The notes under the pieces are model-generated. The model was not told the DNA's origin. It searched no databases and saw only the letters and a program-made list of their open reading frames with translations. A DNA stretch of 61,806 bases, filler included, from Basidioascus undulatus (lineage: Eukaryota), in assembly GCA_000826855.1 (NCBI GenBank). It is 5 parts of 5 records of this genome, joined end to end, with 100 filler letters (N's around TTAATTAATTAA, not from the genome) between each part and the next. Parts side by side here need not be neighbours in the genome. Positions count along the whole stretch, not along the records: positions 24,809 to 37,097 come from JTLS01000926.1; positions 37,198 to 49,455 come from JTLS01000928.1; 3 more parts are not named here. The stretch is one strand, 5' to 3'. Positions 25,007 through 37,372 of the stretch are shown here, piece by piece. The translations under genes were made by a program, and so were the position numbers. Within the stretch, counting starts at the first letter, position 1; each line of letters begins with the position of its first letter.

Positions 25007-26829
25007 ACAAGACGATCAAGCTCTGGAAAGTGTTCGAGAAGTCCCTCAAAGTCGTCTCAGAGAACAACCTCAGCGCGTCGCACCCGTCCCCTCCGTCCTC
25101 GCTGCACCTTCCCCCCGTCGTCACGCCGCCGCACCCGTCAACGACGGCGGGGCTGCGCCTGCCGCGCATGAGCCACCACGACACGATCATCGCCGCCGTG
25201 CCGCGCAAGGTGTACGCCAACGCGCACGCATACCACATCAACTCCATCTCGATCAACTCGGACGGCGAGACGTACATCTCGGCGGATGACTTGAGGATCA
25301 ACTTGTGGAACTTGGGGATTTCGGATCAGAGCTTCAGTAAGTCTGGGGCGATGAAGGGGGGCGGTTTGAGGAGGTTGGTGGAGTGGAATGTTGGTGGAAC
25401 GCGGATGGGCGCGTCGATCGCTCGTCGGAACGCATCGAGCTGAGGGAGAGACGAGCGTTTCCATTTAGTTTAAGATGGCTGATAACCCGCTCTTCCTTCT
25501 TCCCCTCCTCCCCCCTACTCCTTCGCCCCCGCTCCGCCCTCTCTCTCTTCTTCACGCTTGCACTGCGGCCGCGGCGTAACAGACATCGTCGACATCAAGC
25601 CCGTCAACATGGAGGAGCTCACGGAGGTCATCACCGCGGCCGAGTTCCACCCGATCCACTGCAACCTCTTCATGTACTCGTCCTCAAAGGGCACGATCAA
25701 GCTCGCCGACATGCGCGACTCGGCTCTGTGCGACAAGCACGCGAAGCGTGCGTCTTCCCTCTCTCCCTCCTTCGCCCACCTCCTCCCTTCCCCCATCTTC
25801 GCTTCCCCCGGCACGCCTCCCGGACACGGTAGCTTCGAAGCTGACACGGCGATGGCTGGCCCCTTGGGATGGGGATGGACCTACAGAGTTCGAGGAGGAA
25901 GAGGACCCTTCGAACAAGTCGTTCTTCTCCGAGATCATCTCGTCCATCTCAGACGTCAAGTTCTCGCGCGACGGGCGCTACATCCTCTCGCGCGACTACC
26001 TCACGCTCAAGATCTGGGACGTCAACATGGACAACCGGCCCATCAAGACGATCAACATCCACGACCACCTCCGCGGCAAGCTCTGCGACCTATACGAGAA
26101 CGACTGCATCTTTGACAAGTTTGAGTGCGCGTTCTCGGGGGATGGACAGTGAGTCGCCATTTCCTGCTCGATCTTTCCCCGCTTGGTCTTTCCGCTCTCC
26201 CCATCTGTCTTTCCCCGCTCCTATCCCGCTTCACTCCCGCTTCTCTCCGCTCCCACCTTCCACGCTGCTTTCCGCTCCTGCCTTCCACCTCCTTCCTAAC
26301 CCTTCTCGCTGTTCCGATCCCTCCTACTTCTGGGAGTGTCACCCAGAGTATGGAGACTGACGATGCATGGGGCCGGAACAGACATGTAATGACGGGCGCG
26401 TACAACAACTACTTCCACATCTACGACACCGACCCGTCCTCAACGAACGACGTCGTTCTCCAGGCCGACAAGAGCGCGTTCAAGGCCAAGAAGATCGGCG
26501 GCGGCAAGGGCGGCGCGGGCGCGGGCAAGATCGGCGCGGGCGGCGCCGGCGGTAAGGGTGGCAAGAAAGAGGACATCAACCTCGACGCGATCGACTTCAA
26601 CAAGAAGATCTTGCACGGCAGCTGGCATCCGAGGGAGAACACGATCGCTGTGCGTTGTCCCCGTTCGGAGGCGTTCGCGGAGGATGTGAGACTGACTTTT
26701 GGCGTTTGGGCGGGGACAGATTGCTGCGACCAACAGTAAGGCTTGCCGTTTTCGTTATCCTGTAGGAGTTTGCAACTGACGATCTCCCCCCTCGCAGACC
26801 TCTTCCTCTTCAGCCGCCTGTCATCTTAA
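25007..26829 (+). CDS. CDC55: Protein phosphatase 2A regulatory subunit B55 (WD40); 5' exons off-contig
   Basis: [99 protein letters not shown] and [32 protein letters not shown] at 26827-26829. Confidence 0.97.
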
Positions 26830-27599
26830 TCGGCTCCGTCTCCGTCTCCCTCGTCCTCAACCTCCCTCCCTGTCCGCCGACCCTCGCGCTCGCGCCGCAT
26901 CCTATCTGCCTCCCCCTCTTCCCACGTCCCAAATGCCCCGGACACTTCCTACTTATCCCCTCCTGTCCTGTCTCATCCTGCCCGTCTCTTTCTCCTCCTC
27001 CTCCGAGGCCCGCGTCCTATCATCATCGCATCCTCTTCGCCCTGCTTCCTGTACCCACTTCCTCTCTTATCCCATCCGATTTCCGGTAATTCTTCTGTGC
27101 ATATTTCGACCTTCTTCCTTGAGACCCCTTTCTATAGTTGCTGGCCTGTTTTTTCTTCCGCGCGCCGGGCGGACGGGGTGGGATGCTGTGGTGCGGTGCG
27201 GTGGGAGGGCAGGGGTGGGATAGTGGTATGATTGTGAATGAAGCATGAGATGCAAGAAATGCTCAAAGAAGTTATGTGAAGATAGATGCGCTTGCTTGCT
27301 CGAACGTTCGTGCACTGCGAGAGTGACTTTGCCGTACGGTACTTGTCAGGCGAGGTCGGTCGTGTTGATAGATCCACATCTTCGCGTCGAATCTTGCGAT
27401 GAGAGATAGGCCATAAAAGCTGGTGTGTGATCAAGCTTCTCGAAGTCATCAGGGCGACTAACTACAAGACGCGACGCGTCGCCTGGCTTCCAATTTCCTC
27501 AGCGTCTTCTTTCCTTCGATCACCATCACCTCTTTACGGCACGCCCCGCGTTCGTGCTTCTTACTCCAAATTGCGATATAGAGAACGCCCCAGGCAACC

Positions 27600-28538
27600 T
27601 CTCTTTCACCAATACCTTGACTAAGACTAAAGACCCCCGGATTGTCTCAGCACACCGTTTTTCCTTGCTCGCCTCCGAGCTTCCTCGATCACATCGCATG
27701 TGACTACGCACAGCTCTCTGCCCTCTATAACGGCCGGCGCTCCCTGCCGACCTCCATCCCGCGCGTCCGCTTGACCGGAGTGGATCTCGACTCGCCAGGG
27801 AACGAACTCGTGCTCGCCGGCGTCGAGGTCCTCCTTAGCGGCAACGTGACCTTTGAGCAATTTGACAGCGCCTCCTCTCCGAATGTACGCTCGCTCGCTC
27901 TCCAACTCGAAAATCTTCTCGCAGATGACGATCCAGTCCAAAATTGCGTAAGTGCTGCGCGTTCACGTTCCAACCCCAATCGGTTCTGACGGACGAGACA
28001 CTCACGATTCCGGGCTCCCTTCGGTCTGCAGATGCACTTTCTCGACAAGCTCGAGCAACTTTCCAAAATTCAGGCCCTCTGGCTAGCCGACATGTCTTTG
28101 GACAAGCTGGACCTGGAGCCTCCGAGCCCGTCCGCGCCATTCTCCTGTCGAGATACCGTATATGCGCTGGCTCTTGGCCGATCCAGAGTATCGGACGGTG
28201 TGGCGCGTGGTTCCGGGGAGGGGCAGCGAGCCGGCGGGCACGGTGCTGGCTCGTGGGGACGCGGCGAGGGAGTTTGCGAAGCGCTTTCGGCCCGAGGTTT
28301 AGGGATTGGCACATAGCAGAGGGTGTATTTTCAATAATTCTGTCGCACGCTTTGCACCTTTCCTCGACAGAGAATCGTACTCTGGCATGCTAGTTTGCAT
28401 CGCACCCAATATCATTGGCAAACTTTACTCTTTAAATATCTTGGACGAAAATGAGATTTGGGACGCGATCTTCGCAGTACTTGGATGTCCTACAAGGTTT
28501 GACAGCGGACCGCGGTCACAGTTTTACTCTGAATCGCG
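27600..28538 (+). pseudogene. Probably decayed gene of unknown family (Leu-rich, possibly LRR-like)
   Basis: Protein-like segments occur in changing frames (FLDHIACDYAQLSAL..NVRSLALQLENLL; FLDKLEQLSKIQALWLADMSL; LVCIAPNIIGKLYSLNIL), with a GTAAGT..CAG intron at ~27948-28031. There is no continuous frame. Confidence 0.35.
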
Positions 28539-28654
28539 GTGAAGACCAGTGAAGACGGCGGCGTCTCTTGCCTCCCTATCGCCAGCACGACCAGCCGCTT
28601 ACACCAACGCCTCACAGCTCCGGCACAGTCTCGTTCATCGTATCATCTCCCAGG

Positions 28655-30041
28655 ATGTCCCTGTGCGCCTGCGCGGTCTGCCGCGCCCCCTTCCTTCAGC
28701 CGCGCAGCCCGCAGCCGTCGGAAGAGCTCAGCCGCGAGGACCTCGAGCACCTGTCCGGCGGCCTACAGATCGAACACGCCGAAACCCGTACTCTTGTATT
28801 GCTGTGCCGATGAAGGGATCTTCTGCTCGAGGCCATTTAAAGACGGTGGGGTCACGATGGAGGTCATGTACGTGCCACCTATCAGAGTGTGGTCGGTAGA
28901 CAATTAGCTGAGCGCACTAATTTATTTCGTGGTTTACAGCTTCGGGGCGATTGACTCCTCTACCGACAACGGCATTATCGTCTTCCACCAAACTTGCCTT
29001 GACATCCTCGGCGCCCGCCTTGGGCTCGCGGACAACAGTCTTCCGACGCTCACGGCGCTCGCAGAGCTCGCGTTCCAGGTTGGCATCGATGAGACGGGCA
29101 AAATTCTGGGTCTTCTGAACGAGGAGGATTATCTTAAAGTGAAGCTTACTAAGAAGACTGCAGTGCAGTTCGAGAACTTCGTATCGTGGGGCGAGGTGAA
29201 CCTGCTCCGGAGCCCAACGCGGTTGGTGACGGTTCTCCTTAACGTGAATCGACCCGAGCGCCTGGCTCACATTCCGCACACGGCTCCATTTTGCCCAGAT
29301 TGCGTGCGCTGCGCTCCTCGGTCTCCTCTGAGCGCTATACGCTGCCGAGCTCTGGGTACGCCCTCTCGCTTTTTGAGTGCCTACCGTCCGACATCATCTC
29401 CTGCATTCTCGATCACATCGCGCCTGAAGACGCGGGCGCCCTCACATCCCGGCCGGCGCTCTCGTTCTTCTCGCTATACCTTCCTCTCACCCGTGACCTT
29501 CCATTCTGCCTGCTCCGACCGCAGCCGCCGCCACGCCTTGGCCCGTGCGGCTCCCCCACGAGCCCGGCACCGGACCTCTTGCGAACGACAAAGGCGACTG
29601 GCACCTGTGCCTGTTCACTGCCCTTCACCTTCCAAAGCTCAACTCCAGCTCGCACGTTCTGAAGAACGCAGACATCCTCGCCCGCCTGCTCTACCGTCGT
29701 GTCCCTCTTCCCCTTGAAACCTCGGCGCGCTTGAATGCCCAGCGCAGCAGCTTTTCCACAGAGGGGTGGCGAGGAACCCCGAGTTCGCGCGAATGGCAAA
29801 CCAGGCCGGCATGTCCACCGAACAGCTTGCTCAAGCTGATCAGGCGCAGGACGCTGATGAGCCTTTGGCCATCCTGCATTACGGCTCGATCGCCCGTGAC
29901 TGGTACGTCTCGGGCGGGCTGAAGAACTGCTGGAACCTGTGTAGGGAGAAGCTGTATGGGCGTAAGCGGACTGGACGTGGGGGCAGTGGAGGGATCTGCA
30001 TAGCTTTTTCGGTTGCGGCGTATAGTCTTGAGCTAGGCTGA
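28655..30041 (+). pseudogene. Decayed fungal F-box-like protein gene
   Basis: N-terminal MSLCACAVCRAPF, internal IVFHQTCLDIL, F-box-like LFECLPSDIISCILDHI and C-terminal SGGLKNCW. The pieces sit in different frames with stops. Confidence 0.5.
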
Positions 30042-30230
30042 GAACTTGAATGATGGACATGTGGGCATTTTGAGCGTCTACGTCGCAATGGGAAAGCGAT
30101 CACTGTGTGCACCAGACCGAAGCCAGACATGCGACAAGCTTGCACATGTATTTCAAACAGCACAAATCACAGTACGTTATTCATGAAGGCATAGCCCCTT
30201 GGACATCTGCGCAGAGTGAAGTCCATAAAG

Positions 30231-31560
30231 CTACAGGGTGTAACGGAAGTTCAGACCGCGAGTATCGGCCCTGCCCTCAGCCTTCACCTTGCCCTGCTCC
30301 TCAGGCGTGAGCTTCTGCCATTTCGTGGCTCTCAAGCGGTTCAAGAGCGTATACTGCGCAAGGTTGGCGATGGTGAGAACGAAGAAGACGGAGCCGAGGG
30401 CCAAGCAAACTGTAAGCAGAGCACCCGATCAGTACTTTCTCTAGACTTAGAACCCTTTGGTTCGTATCAACCCATCCCCGGCCATAAACGGTGGGTCGTC
30501 AGAGCGCAAAATTTTTCCGCCGTAGACAGTTCCTGAGGGTAAAACACTCGGCGTCAGCGCTACTCCTTGTCCCTTTCTAGAGACGAAGGAACTGCTATAG
30601 GTACCCATATTGGACGCTCCCATCTAGGTGGCCTGTTCGCAAGCATCGACAAGAATGTAAGACATCCGCACCACAAAACAGTCTGGGAAGGCAGTGAACG
30701 TACAATAGCAATGCTTCTCCGTTGCGGCGTCTTGCAGTACAGAGAGAGCCACAAGATGTTGAGGGGCTGCGCCGCATATGTGAAGAAGAGGATGCCCCAA
30801 AGCTTCCCTGTGGTTTGCGGTGGTTTGGGTCACCATTGCTTTGGCTGAAGTGGGCAACGCTCAGTTCCTGACATTTGGCGCTACCGGGCCGGGAGAGAGC
30901 TGTGGTGGGTAGAAAGTGAGCATCGCGATGCCACGAACCCAAAGATTTGCACAGGCCGATGAACTGTCATACCGCTCCGAAGAGCACGGCAAGACGCGGT
31001 GGACATGCGCGGTTGCTGAAAAAGGCGACGATGAGGGTGATGACTATGCAGGTAACTATGGCCGGGAAGGAGGTTTGCGTTGTAAGCAGCTGCACAGGTG
31101 GGTCAGTGAAACCGGATCAAGCCTTACATTCCGGGAAAAGCGTACTCAGGGCCCACAGAATGCTTATGCCTGATGAAGACTCGCAATGAGAACAATTCAG
31201 AAGCTTTTTGGAATATTTTCAACTCATCGTTGTTGATGTCTCCTTGAGTGAGCCCAAGGTCCTGCATCATGGTGCCAAAGACTGCTGTGCAAAGATTGCT
31301 GCGGTCGAGACTCATGACGAAGAACCCGCACCTGAGGCGCGGCCATTATTAGCGAAGGCAATGCACCACCAAGCGCCGGTAGTCGGCTCACAAGAATATT
31401 GGAAGAAAGTTCAGGTCGGCAAGTCGGACGACTCGCCGTTCTTCTTATCGGTCCATGTCAACCCCCCCCCTCAGAGCCATTCAACTTCTCGTCCGCCGTC
31501 GGCGAGCTGGGGACTGTCCGCAGGCACGGCGGTGGAATAGAGGGGACTAGCCTCATATCT
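30231..31560 (-). pseudogene. Decayed MFS transporter, anion:cation symporter (Dal5/Tna1-like) family
   Basis: LTWTD/EERRVVRLADLNFLP (1-bp frameshift at ~31446), FFVMSLDRSNL..MMQDLGL and C-terminal YTLLNRLRATKWQKLTPEEQ..GLNFRYTL*. Most of the N-terminal helix bundle appears deleted. The start coordinate is approximate. Confidence 0.75.
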
Positions 31561-32430
31561 GGGCTACTGGGAAAAGTGCCGGACGAAGGCAAAATACGGG
31601 AGGGCAGAGAGGTTCACCAGATTGTGGGCAGGTCCTTAAGGCAGAGCAACCCATTCGACTGTCGCGCTCTTGCGTGCCGCGATCATTGGGTTGCGCGATA
31701 GCTGGCGGAGGGCTCGGAGTTTTCAGCACAAAAAGTGGGAACGTTATTGATATGCTGAGGGCCCATGGAAGCCAGCAATTCCGGGACAGTGCGGCATCCA
31801 TGAACACCTCCTGGGCGCGGAGCCCACCAGGATTAGAGAGACTGCGAACAGGTTGTTGTGGCGCTCCACGAACTCGAGTCTTTGCATGAAGTCCCGCATA
31901 GATTATCCAAGCCGCCGGACCCGCATGGCAGAACTGTCGCAACGGAAGATGGCAAGCTTGCCATCGAGCGCTGCAACGCTAGCGCTTAGAGCTTTCTACG
32001 ATGTCGGTGCGACTTCCTAACAACGTGGTATCTATCTTATCTGGGCTACAATTCTTCTCAAAATCTATACCTGGGTAATACAGACTATACAATATCCACG
32101 AACACTGCTACAGGTCGCGAGGCGAAGGTCTTCAGAGCAGTACTGAAGAAGCAGTCTGAGCTGTACGATACTTATTTCGGCACAGAGCGCTGTGCTACAG
32201 AAGATAAGCGGAAAAATGGTTTCCCTATGTCATTCTTGTGCCTTCCTGCTGTTCCTGAACGACCCAAACATCCGGACCTCCCATGTCGCCATCTTCCAAG
32301 GTGATGTTGCAAGCTCGCCATCGTGAGCTTCCTCCTTTCGGGCGAAGTCCCCGCACTTGCATTTCTCAGCACCCAGTCGCACTAAGGCTCGTTTCTCTCC
32401 AATATCTTCCATCGAAAACTCGCGGTTACC

Positions 32431-33567
32431 ATGTCTTCCTCTGAGCTGCCCGTCTACTTCATCGGTCACGCCGGCGTTGGCGTCCTCTTCCAGCCAGGGC
32501 TCGAGACGGTCCGCGAGAACCTGCGCGCGTGGGGGAAGGAGGTCAAGCCGATCACGCCGCATCCGAAGGCAGTGCTCGTGTTCAGTGGACACTTCGTATC
32601 GAAGACGCCGGGGAAGACCGAAGGTGAGCTCTGGGGAATCCTAACGCTGTGACTTGGATGCGAGTGCTGAACCGAGGGGAGACGCAGTGAACGTGAAGGA
32701 GCCGACTGAAGTCGGGCACGACTTTGTGCGGTTTTCTTCGACTGGCTGATATTTCCATGCTGACAATTTCAACTAAGAGCAACAACTTCCACGACACCTT
32801 CCCGCATGTGTGAGTATCCGTCTTGCGCTCCGCCGCGCGGCTTTTCGACACTCGCTCAACCCGGACCAACGGATACGAGTACCACTATGAGCACACCGCC
32901 TCGGCGAAATACGCCAATGAGGTGTACGAGCATCTTGGGCTTACCCTCGGCGAGGAAAACGTGGTCAAGACCGAGCGCAATCTGGACCATGGCGCATGGT
33001 ACGTAACGCAACACCTCATACTTTTAATTTATGGCTCATCTGAAGTTCAACAGGGTCCCTTTCAAACTGGCTTTCCCCCCGAGGACCCGCTTGACGTCCC
33101 GATCGTCGAGGTCTCTACCTACGCGAACGAGGACCTGGCCGCGCACGTCGCGCTGGGCGAGGCCGTTTCGGCATTGCTGTGCGTGACCTGTCTTTCGCCG
33201 CAATATCCCTGGAGCCCCTCTCAGATCTATCTTCCTACTCATTCCCATACAGTCAGCGCGGCTTCCTCATCGTGGGCTCCGGCACGGTAGTGCACAGTCT
33301 CCCCGCCACACAGGCAACCCAACCCGCGACAAACGACGGCGCAGCCAACGTCCTGTCCTGGACGCGGTCGTTCGACGCCTCCCTGCGCTCAGCGCTCCTG
33401 AACGAGAGAAGGGCTCGCGAGGGGCGGACCTCGGCGGCTCGAGACGTTCCGTCTTGCGCATCCGACGGTGGAGCACCTCACGCCGCTGCATGTCGCGCTC
33501 GGCGCGGCGGAGGGACTCGACGTCCAACCGAGGGGGAGGGAGGTGTTTAGGCCGGGGATGAGCTAGT
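32431..33567 (+). pseudogene. Extradiol ring-cleavage dioxygenase class III (LigB / 4,5-DOPA dioxygenase-like), frameshifted
   Basis: PVYFIGHAG, KAVLVFSGHF, RNLDHGAWVPFKL, DVPIVEVS, LGEAVSAL, FLIVGSGTVVHSL and AHPTVEHLTPLHVALGA. Frame breaks occur at the C6 run 33075-33080 and at ~33410-33440. Confidence 0.8.
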
Positions 33568-34610
33568 GAGTTCTCGGTTCGTTCTGGTTGGTGTAGGTGT
33601 TGGAGGAGCTGAGCTAAGAGTTTGTTGGGCACTGCAGTGCGAACTACGCTTTCGGCGCCGGGGCAGAGAAGGCAGCTGTGGCCGCGTAGTCTGATTACTG
33701 CCAGTACATTGCTGCAATGAAACTCCTTTGGTATCAAGTGAAAAAAATGTACCAGCTGGCGTGTCCCACATTTGCACCAGTACCCAGATATCGCCTGGTA
33801 TGACCTCACTCCCGGCAGACGACAGCCAAAGCGACATACGACAAACTGTCCCAGAACCAACCTTGAGTACTGTTGTACAGCGGGTATCTTTATATCCGTC
33901 TCATATCCAGAGAGTGAGAAAATCCTTGAAACTTTGCTGTGCTGCCATTCAGGAGGAGATCCGGCGCCGGGAAGACGCAAGAGCAACACATGTATCCTAT
34001 GAACTTTTGGGGGGGCTTTTCAGACGCTCTTGCCCATTCAATTTTCGTATTCTATAATTTCTTGCGTGACACGGAGGCTTGCAGTGAAGCAACGGAATGT
34101 GGCCGGAAGATCTGCTGCAACCTCTGGTCGGTCGCGCATTTCTCGTCGCCCCTCCTGCAGGCAGGACGTGCAACGGCTATTTCTGACCGCTGCGGGTACG
34201 GGCCGCTCCATGATAACTGTGCAGGCAATGGGTTGGTTCATTTCCCAGCTTGTTGACGCCTGGTAGGACAGGCTTTGCTGCCCAGTACGAGAGGCCACAA
34301 TAGGTCCGATTGCGGCTGCTGTTCTTTCGTTTGTCTGCGTCGGCACTGAGTGATCGGGCGGGCAGGGGGAACGTCTGTCTTGGCCGGGACATTTCGTGAT
34401 GTTACCCTAGTTTTACATGGCGCCGGCCAAAATAAGCGACCCGGTGCGGCAGTGCGGAAGTCCCTCGCTCAAGCTTGCTGCAGCCGGGTGGAAATGAACA
34501 CAGCGTACAGCAGTTCGCTGCAGACCTCATGCAGCAGATCCCTCAATCGCATTAAACCGTGCATAGAGTATAGCCATGTCCTCCCCCCTTCCTCCTCTCT
34601 GCCCCACCAC

Positions 34611-35654
34611 CTACCGGATCTCCCACCTCAGCCCGCTCCCCCCTCTCCCCTCGCTCCTCTTCCCCGCTCCTTCCCTGCCCACACCCACGCCTTCGCCAAT
34701 CCCAGAGCACTCCGCGCACCCCTGAGAGCCCACCCGAACGCGCACAGCCCGCGGCTTCAGCGGCGCAACGATCTTTTTCCGCCTCATCATTTCCAGCTCG
34801 AGCACGAGGATGCGCAGGTGGGACGAGAGAGATACGAGGCGAGGTTCGGGGTTGCGGAGGGGGGAGAGCGCTGGGGAAGAATAAATATGTAGGTATGGCC
34901 GTGGGAGAGAAGGAAGGGGGCGGCGTTGGAGCGGGTCGGGGGAGGGAGGGGTGGAAGAGCTGGGACGCGGACGCGGACAGGGAGTAGGGGGGAGGGTGGA
35001 GAGGTGGATGGAGCCGAGTTGTGAGGGGAGGGGAGTGGGAGATGAGGACGCGGAGAAGAGAGGGTGCGGAGGAGGAGGGGGAAGGATGTTGGAGAGGATA
35101 ACCCGCTCGGCGGAGAGCGACAGGCGGGGAAGAAGCGCGAGGAGGTTCGCCAGCGCGGATCGCCTCCTCGCCGAACTGCTCGGCTTAGTAGGCTTGCGCG
35201 GGAAGGACGGCTGGGGACTGGGTGGGTGTGGGTCGGAGAGCGGGCAGTGTGTGGAAGGTTCGAGGCGAGGCGGCGAGAGAGACCCGAGCAAGCTTGATGA
35301 GCAGGCGGCGGAGGAGATGCTTGAAGTGAGGGATGGCGTGCGCGAGGTTGGGGATAAGGAGGGCGGCGAGGGAGGGGAGAGGAGGGAGGACAGCGCCTGG
35401 CGTGAGAGACGGCGCCGGTGGGGTGGGTGAGGGTGGGGGTAGGGCGCGTCCTCGTCCTCGTCCTCCGGGAATAACGGCGCCCTCGCCGGCTCGTCCTCAT
35501 CTTCATCAAACACAAATATCTCCTCCCTCTCCTCCTTCTCCCGCCCCACCGCCGAAGCCTTCGCGCTCGAGTGCGAGCGCAGGAGGTACCGTAGCTCCGC
35601 GGGTGGGCCGACCGATAGGAGCGGGGGAGGGGGAGTTCGACGGTCGAGCATCAT
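34611..35654 (-). CDS. Hypothetical Ser/Pro-rich fungal protein with a conserved-looking C-terminal motif
   Basis: Single long ORF (ATG 35654), mostly low complexity, ending RLVSLSSHLRILVLELEMMRRKKIVAPLKPR..SGLRWEI. Confidence 0.6.
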   Translation of the reverse strand: MMLDRRTPPPPLLSVGPPAELRYLLRSHSSAKASAVGREKEEREEIFVFDEDEDEPARAPLFPEDEDEDAPYPHPHPPHRRRLSRQALSSLLSPPSPPSLSPTSRTPSLTSSISSAACSSSLLGSLSPPRLEPSTHCPLSDPHPPSPQPSFPRKPTKPSSSARRRSALANLLALLPRLSLSAERVILSNILPPPPPHPLFSASSSPTPLPSQLGSIHLSTLPPTPCPRPRPSSSTPPSPDPLQRRPLPSLPRPYLHIYSSPALSPLRNPEPRLVSLSSHLRILVLELEMMRRKKIVAPLKPRAVRVRVGSQGCAECSGIGEGVGVGREGAGKRSEGRGGSGLRWEIR

Positions 35655-37097
35655 GTTGCTTGGTTTCGTTATCGTTCTTGTCGTGGGTGTAGGTATTATG
35701 TGCCCGAGTAGCTGAAGAAGAGACGGTGGTTTGAAGAGGAGAGAGACCCCATGAGCTCGTGTGAACACCCGCGGACCTGAAGCGGGGAGGGCCAGGCCGG
35801 CTGGCCTGGGCTGGGCAAGGGGAAGGCAGCGATAAGCGACGAGTAAGCGTGTGGCCATCTCGGAACACGCGTGCCGTGTCGCCCTCGCCGTCCGCAAGCG
35901 TCTCGGCCGCGACGATCATCACTCATTTCCGCTTGGCTTGGCTCCAATTTACCGGCCTTAACATGATTGCAAGGTTCGCGCTTATCAACGCCTCGCCATG
36001 CATCGCATCCCCACAATCTGACGCTTTCGCCTTTGGGTGGGTGGTCTGGAACGTCTGGGAGATTATGGTGCGCGTCACCTAGTCCCAGCAAATGCTTCTA
36101 AGCGGCCAAATTTGGGCCGGGAAGTCGACTTCCTGAAATTGGATATTGAGGCCATAGAAGGGGTCGAAAGTTATGCACAACTTTCATGACAAGCTTTTCC
36201 CATGCTTGTCCTTTGAAAATCCCCATGTACGGCCATTTCTCCCGGGTACCACTTTTATAGCCCCATCAAAAAATATTTTTCGGGAATCCGTCTGGTAGAT
36301 ATCTTCTTCAACCCTTTAGGATGATTATATCAGATTTATTTGGCTAGAGTACCGATGCGAAATGAAGAACAGTAGGGCTGGGCGCGGGGGGAGGTCAATT
36401 TGCTGTGACTAGGTGACGCGCACCACGTAAGACACTCACACAACCACCGGAATGCGCGCAAGAGCTCGATGTTGAGGGTGTGGACAGGTGATTGGTCAGG
36501 AGTCGCAAGGCAGGGAATAATTAGCCGTGGGTTGTCTTGCGTATGTAGCCGATGGCGATGTGCCGTGCGTGGATTGCACGATGTGCTGGGACTTTGGAAA
36601 GGGAAAGGTGTATCCTGTTGTGTGAACAGGCAAGGCGTGGCATGTTGGGGTGCTATTGCTGCGGCGAGAGGGAGCAAGCTGGAGAGGAGGGTGGAATGGA
36701 AGACGCAACGGCCACCTTTGGATTTTTATGGGTTGGCCGTTGCCATCAAGCCTGGGCACCGGGAATTTGGATGTCTGCTTGATAGACAAATTTGGGGAGA
36801 CAGGTTTTGCAATGCGGGGTAACTAATAGGGGAGGTGGAGCTGAAGTTGAGGAATATGAGATGAAGGGTTTGGACAAGCTTGGAGGGGAGATAAGGAGAT
36901 AAGGCCTGAGGGTGTCATGAATCTGACTGGGTGGGGTAGACCGCAGCGGGGGCTACCGGCTGACGGGGCTCATGGTGTCAAGGATAGATTATGAGGCAGG
37001 GCTAGGGCTAGGGCGAGGACTAAGGCTACGGCGGGAGTAGGAGAGCAAGACCAGATGGGGAGCAAGCAGAGGGTAAGGGGGTGTTCTTATAGCTACC

Positions 37098-37197
37098 NNN
37101 NNNNNNNNNNNNNNNNNNNNNNNNNNNNNNNNNNNNNNNNNTTAATTAATTAANNNNNNNNNNNNNNNNNNNNNNNNNNNNNNNNNNNNNNNNNNNN
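37098..37197. other. Artificial contig-joining spacer
   Basis: N44-TTAATTAATTAA-N44. Confidence 0.97.
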
Positions 37198-37372
37198 TCT
37201 CCCCCGCCGCCGCCATGATCACACCCCTCCCCGCCCGCGTCCTGCTCGCCGGCGCAGGCCCGCGCGCCCCGCCAATAGTCGCCCGCCGTGTAGACCTCGG
37301 CGCAGCAAGCGAGATCTCATCGTCGTCCGTCTCGCGCGAGGCAGCGCGGCGGGTCGTCCGGCGCGGGGGCAT
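37198..37372 (-). CDS. 5' fragment of an unidentified gene running off the contig
   Basis: MPPRRTTRRAASRETDDDEISLAAPRSTRR..., with ATG in an ACCACGATG context. The frame is open to the contig edge. Confidence 0.45.

Noticed and set aside
36100..37097. Possible transposon remnant and GGGCTA repeats near the contig end
   Set aside because: No recognisable protein motif or termini; only about two repeat units.
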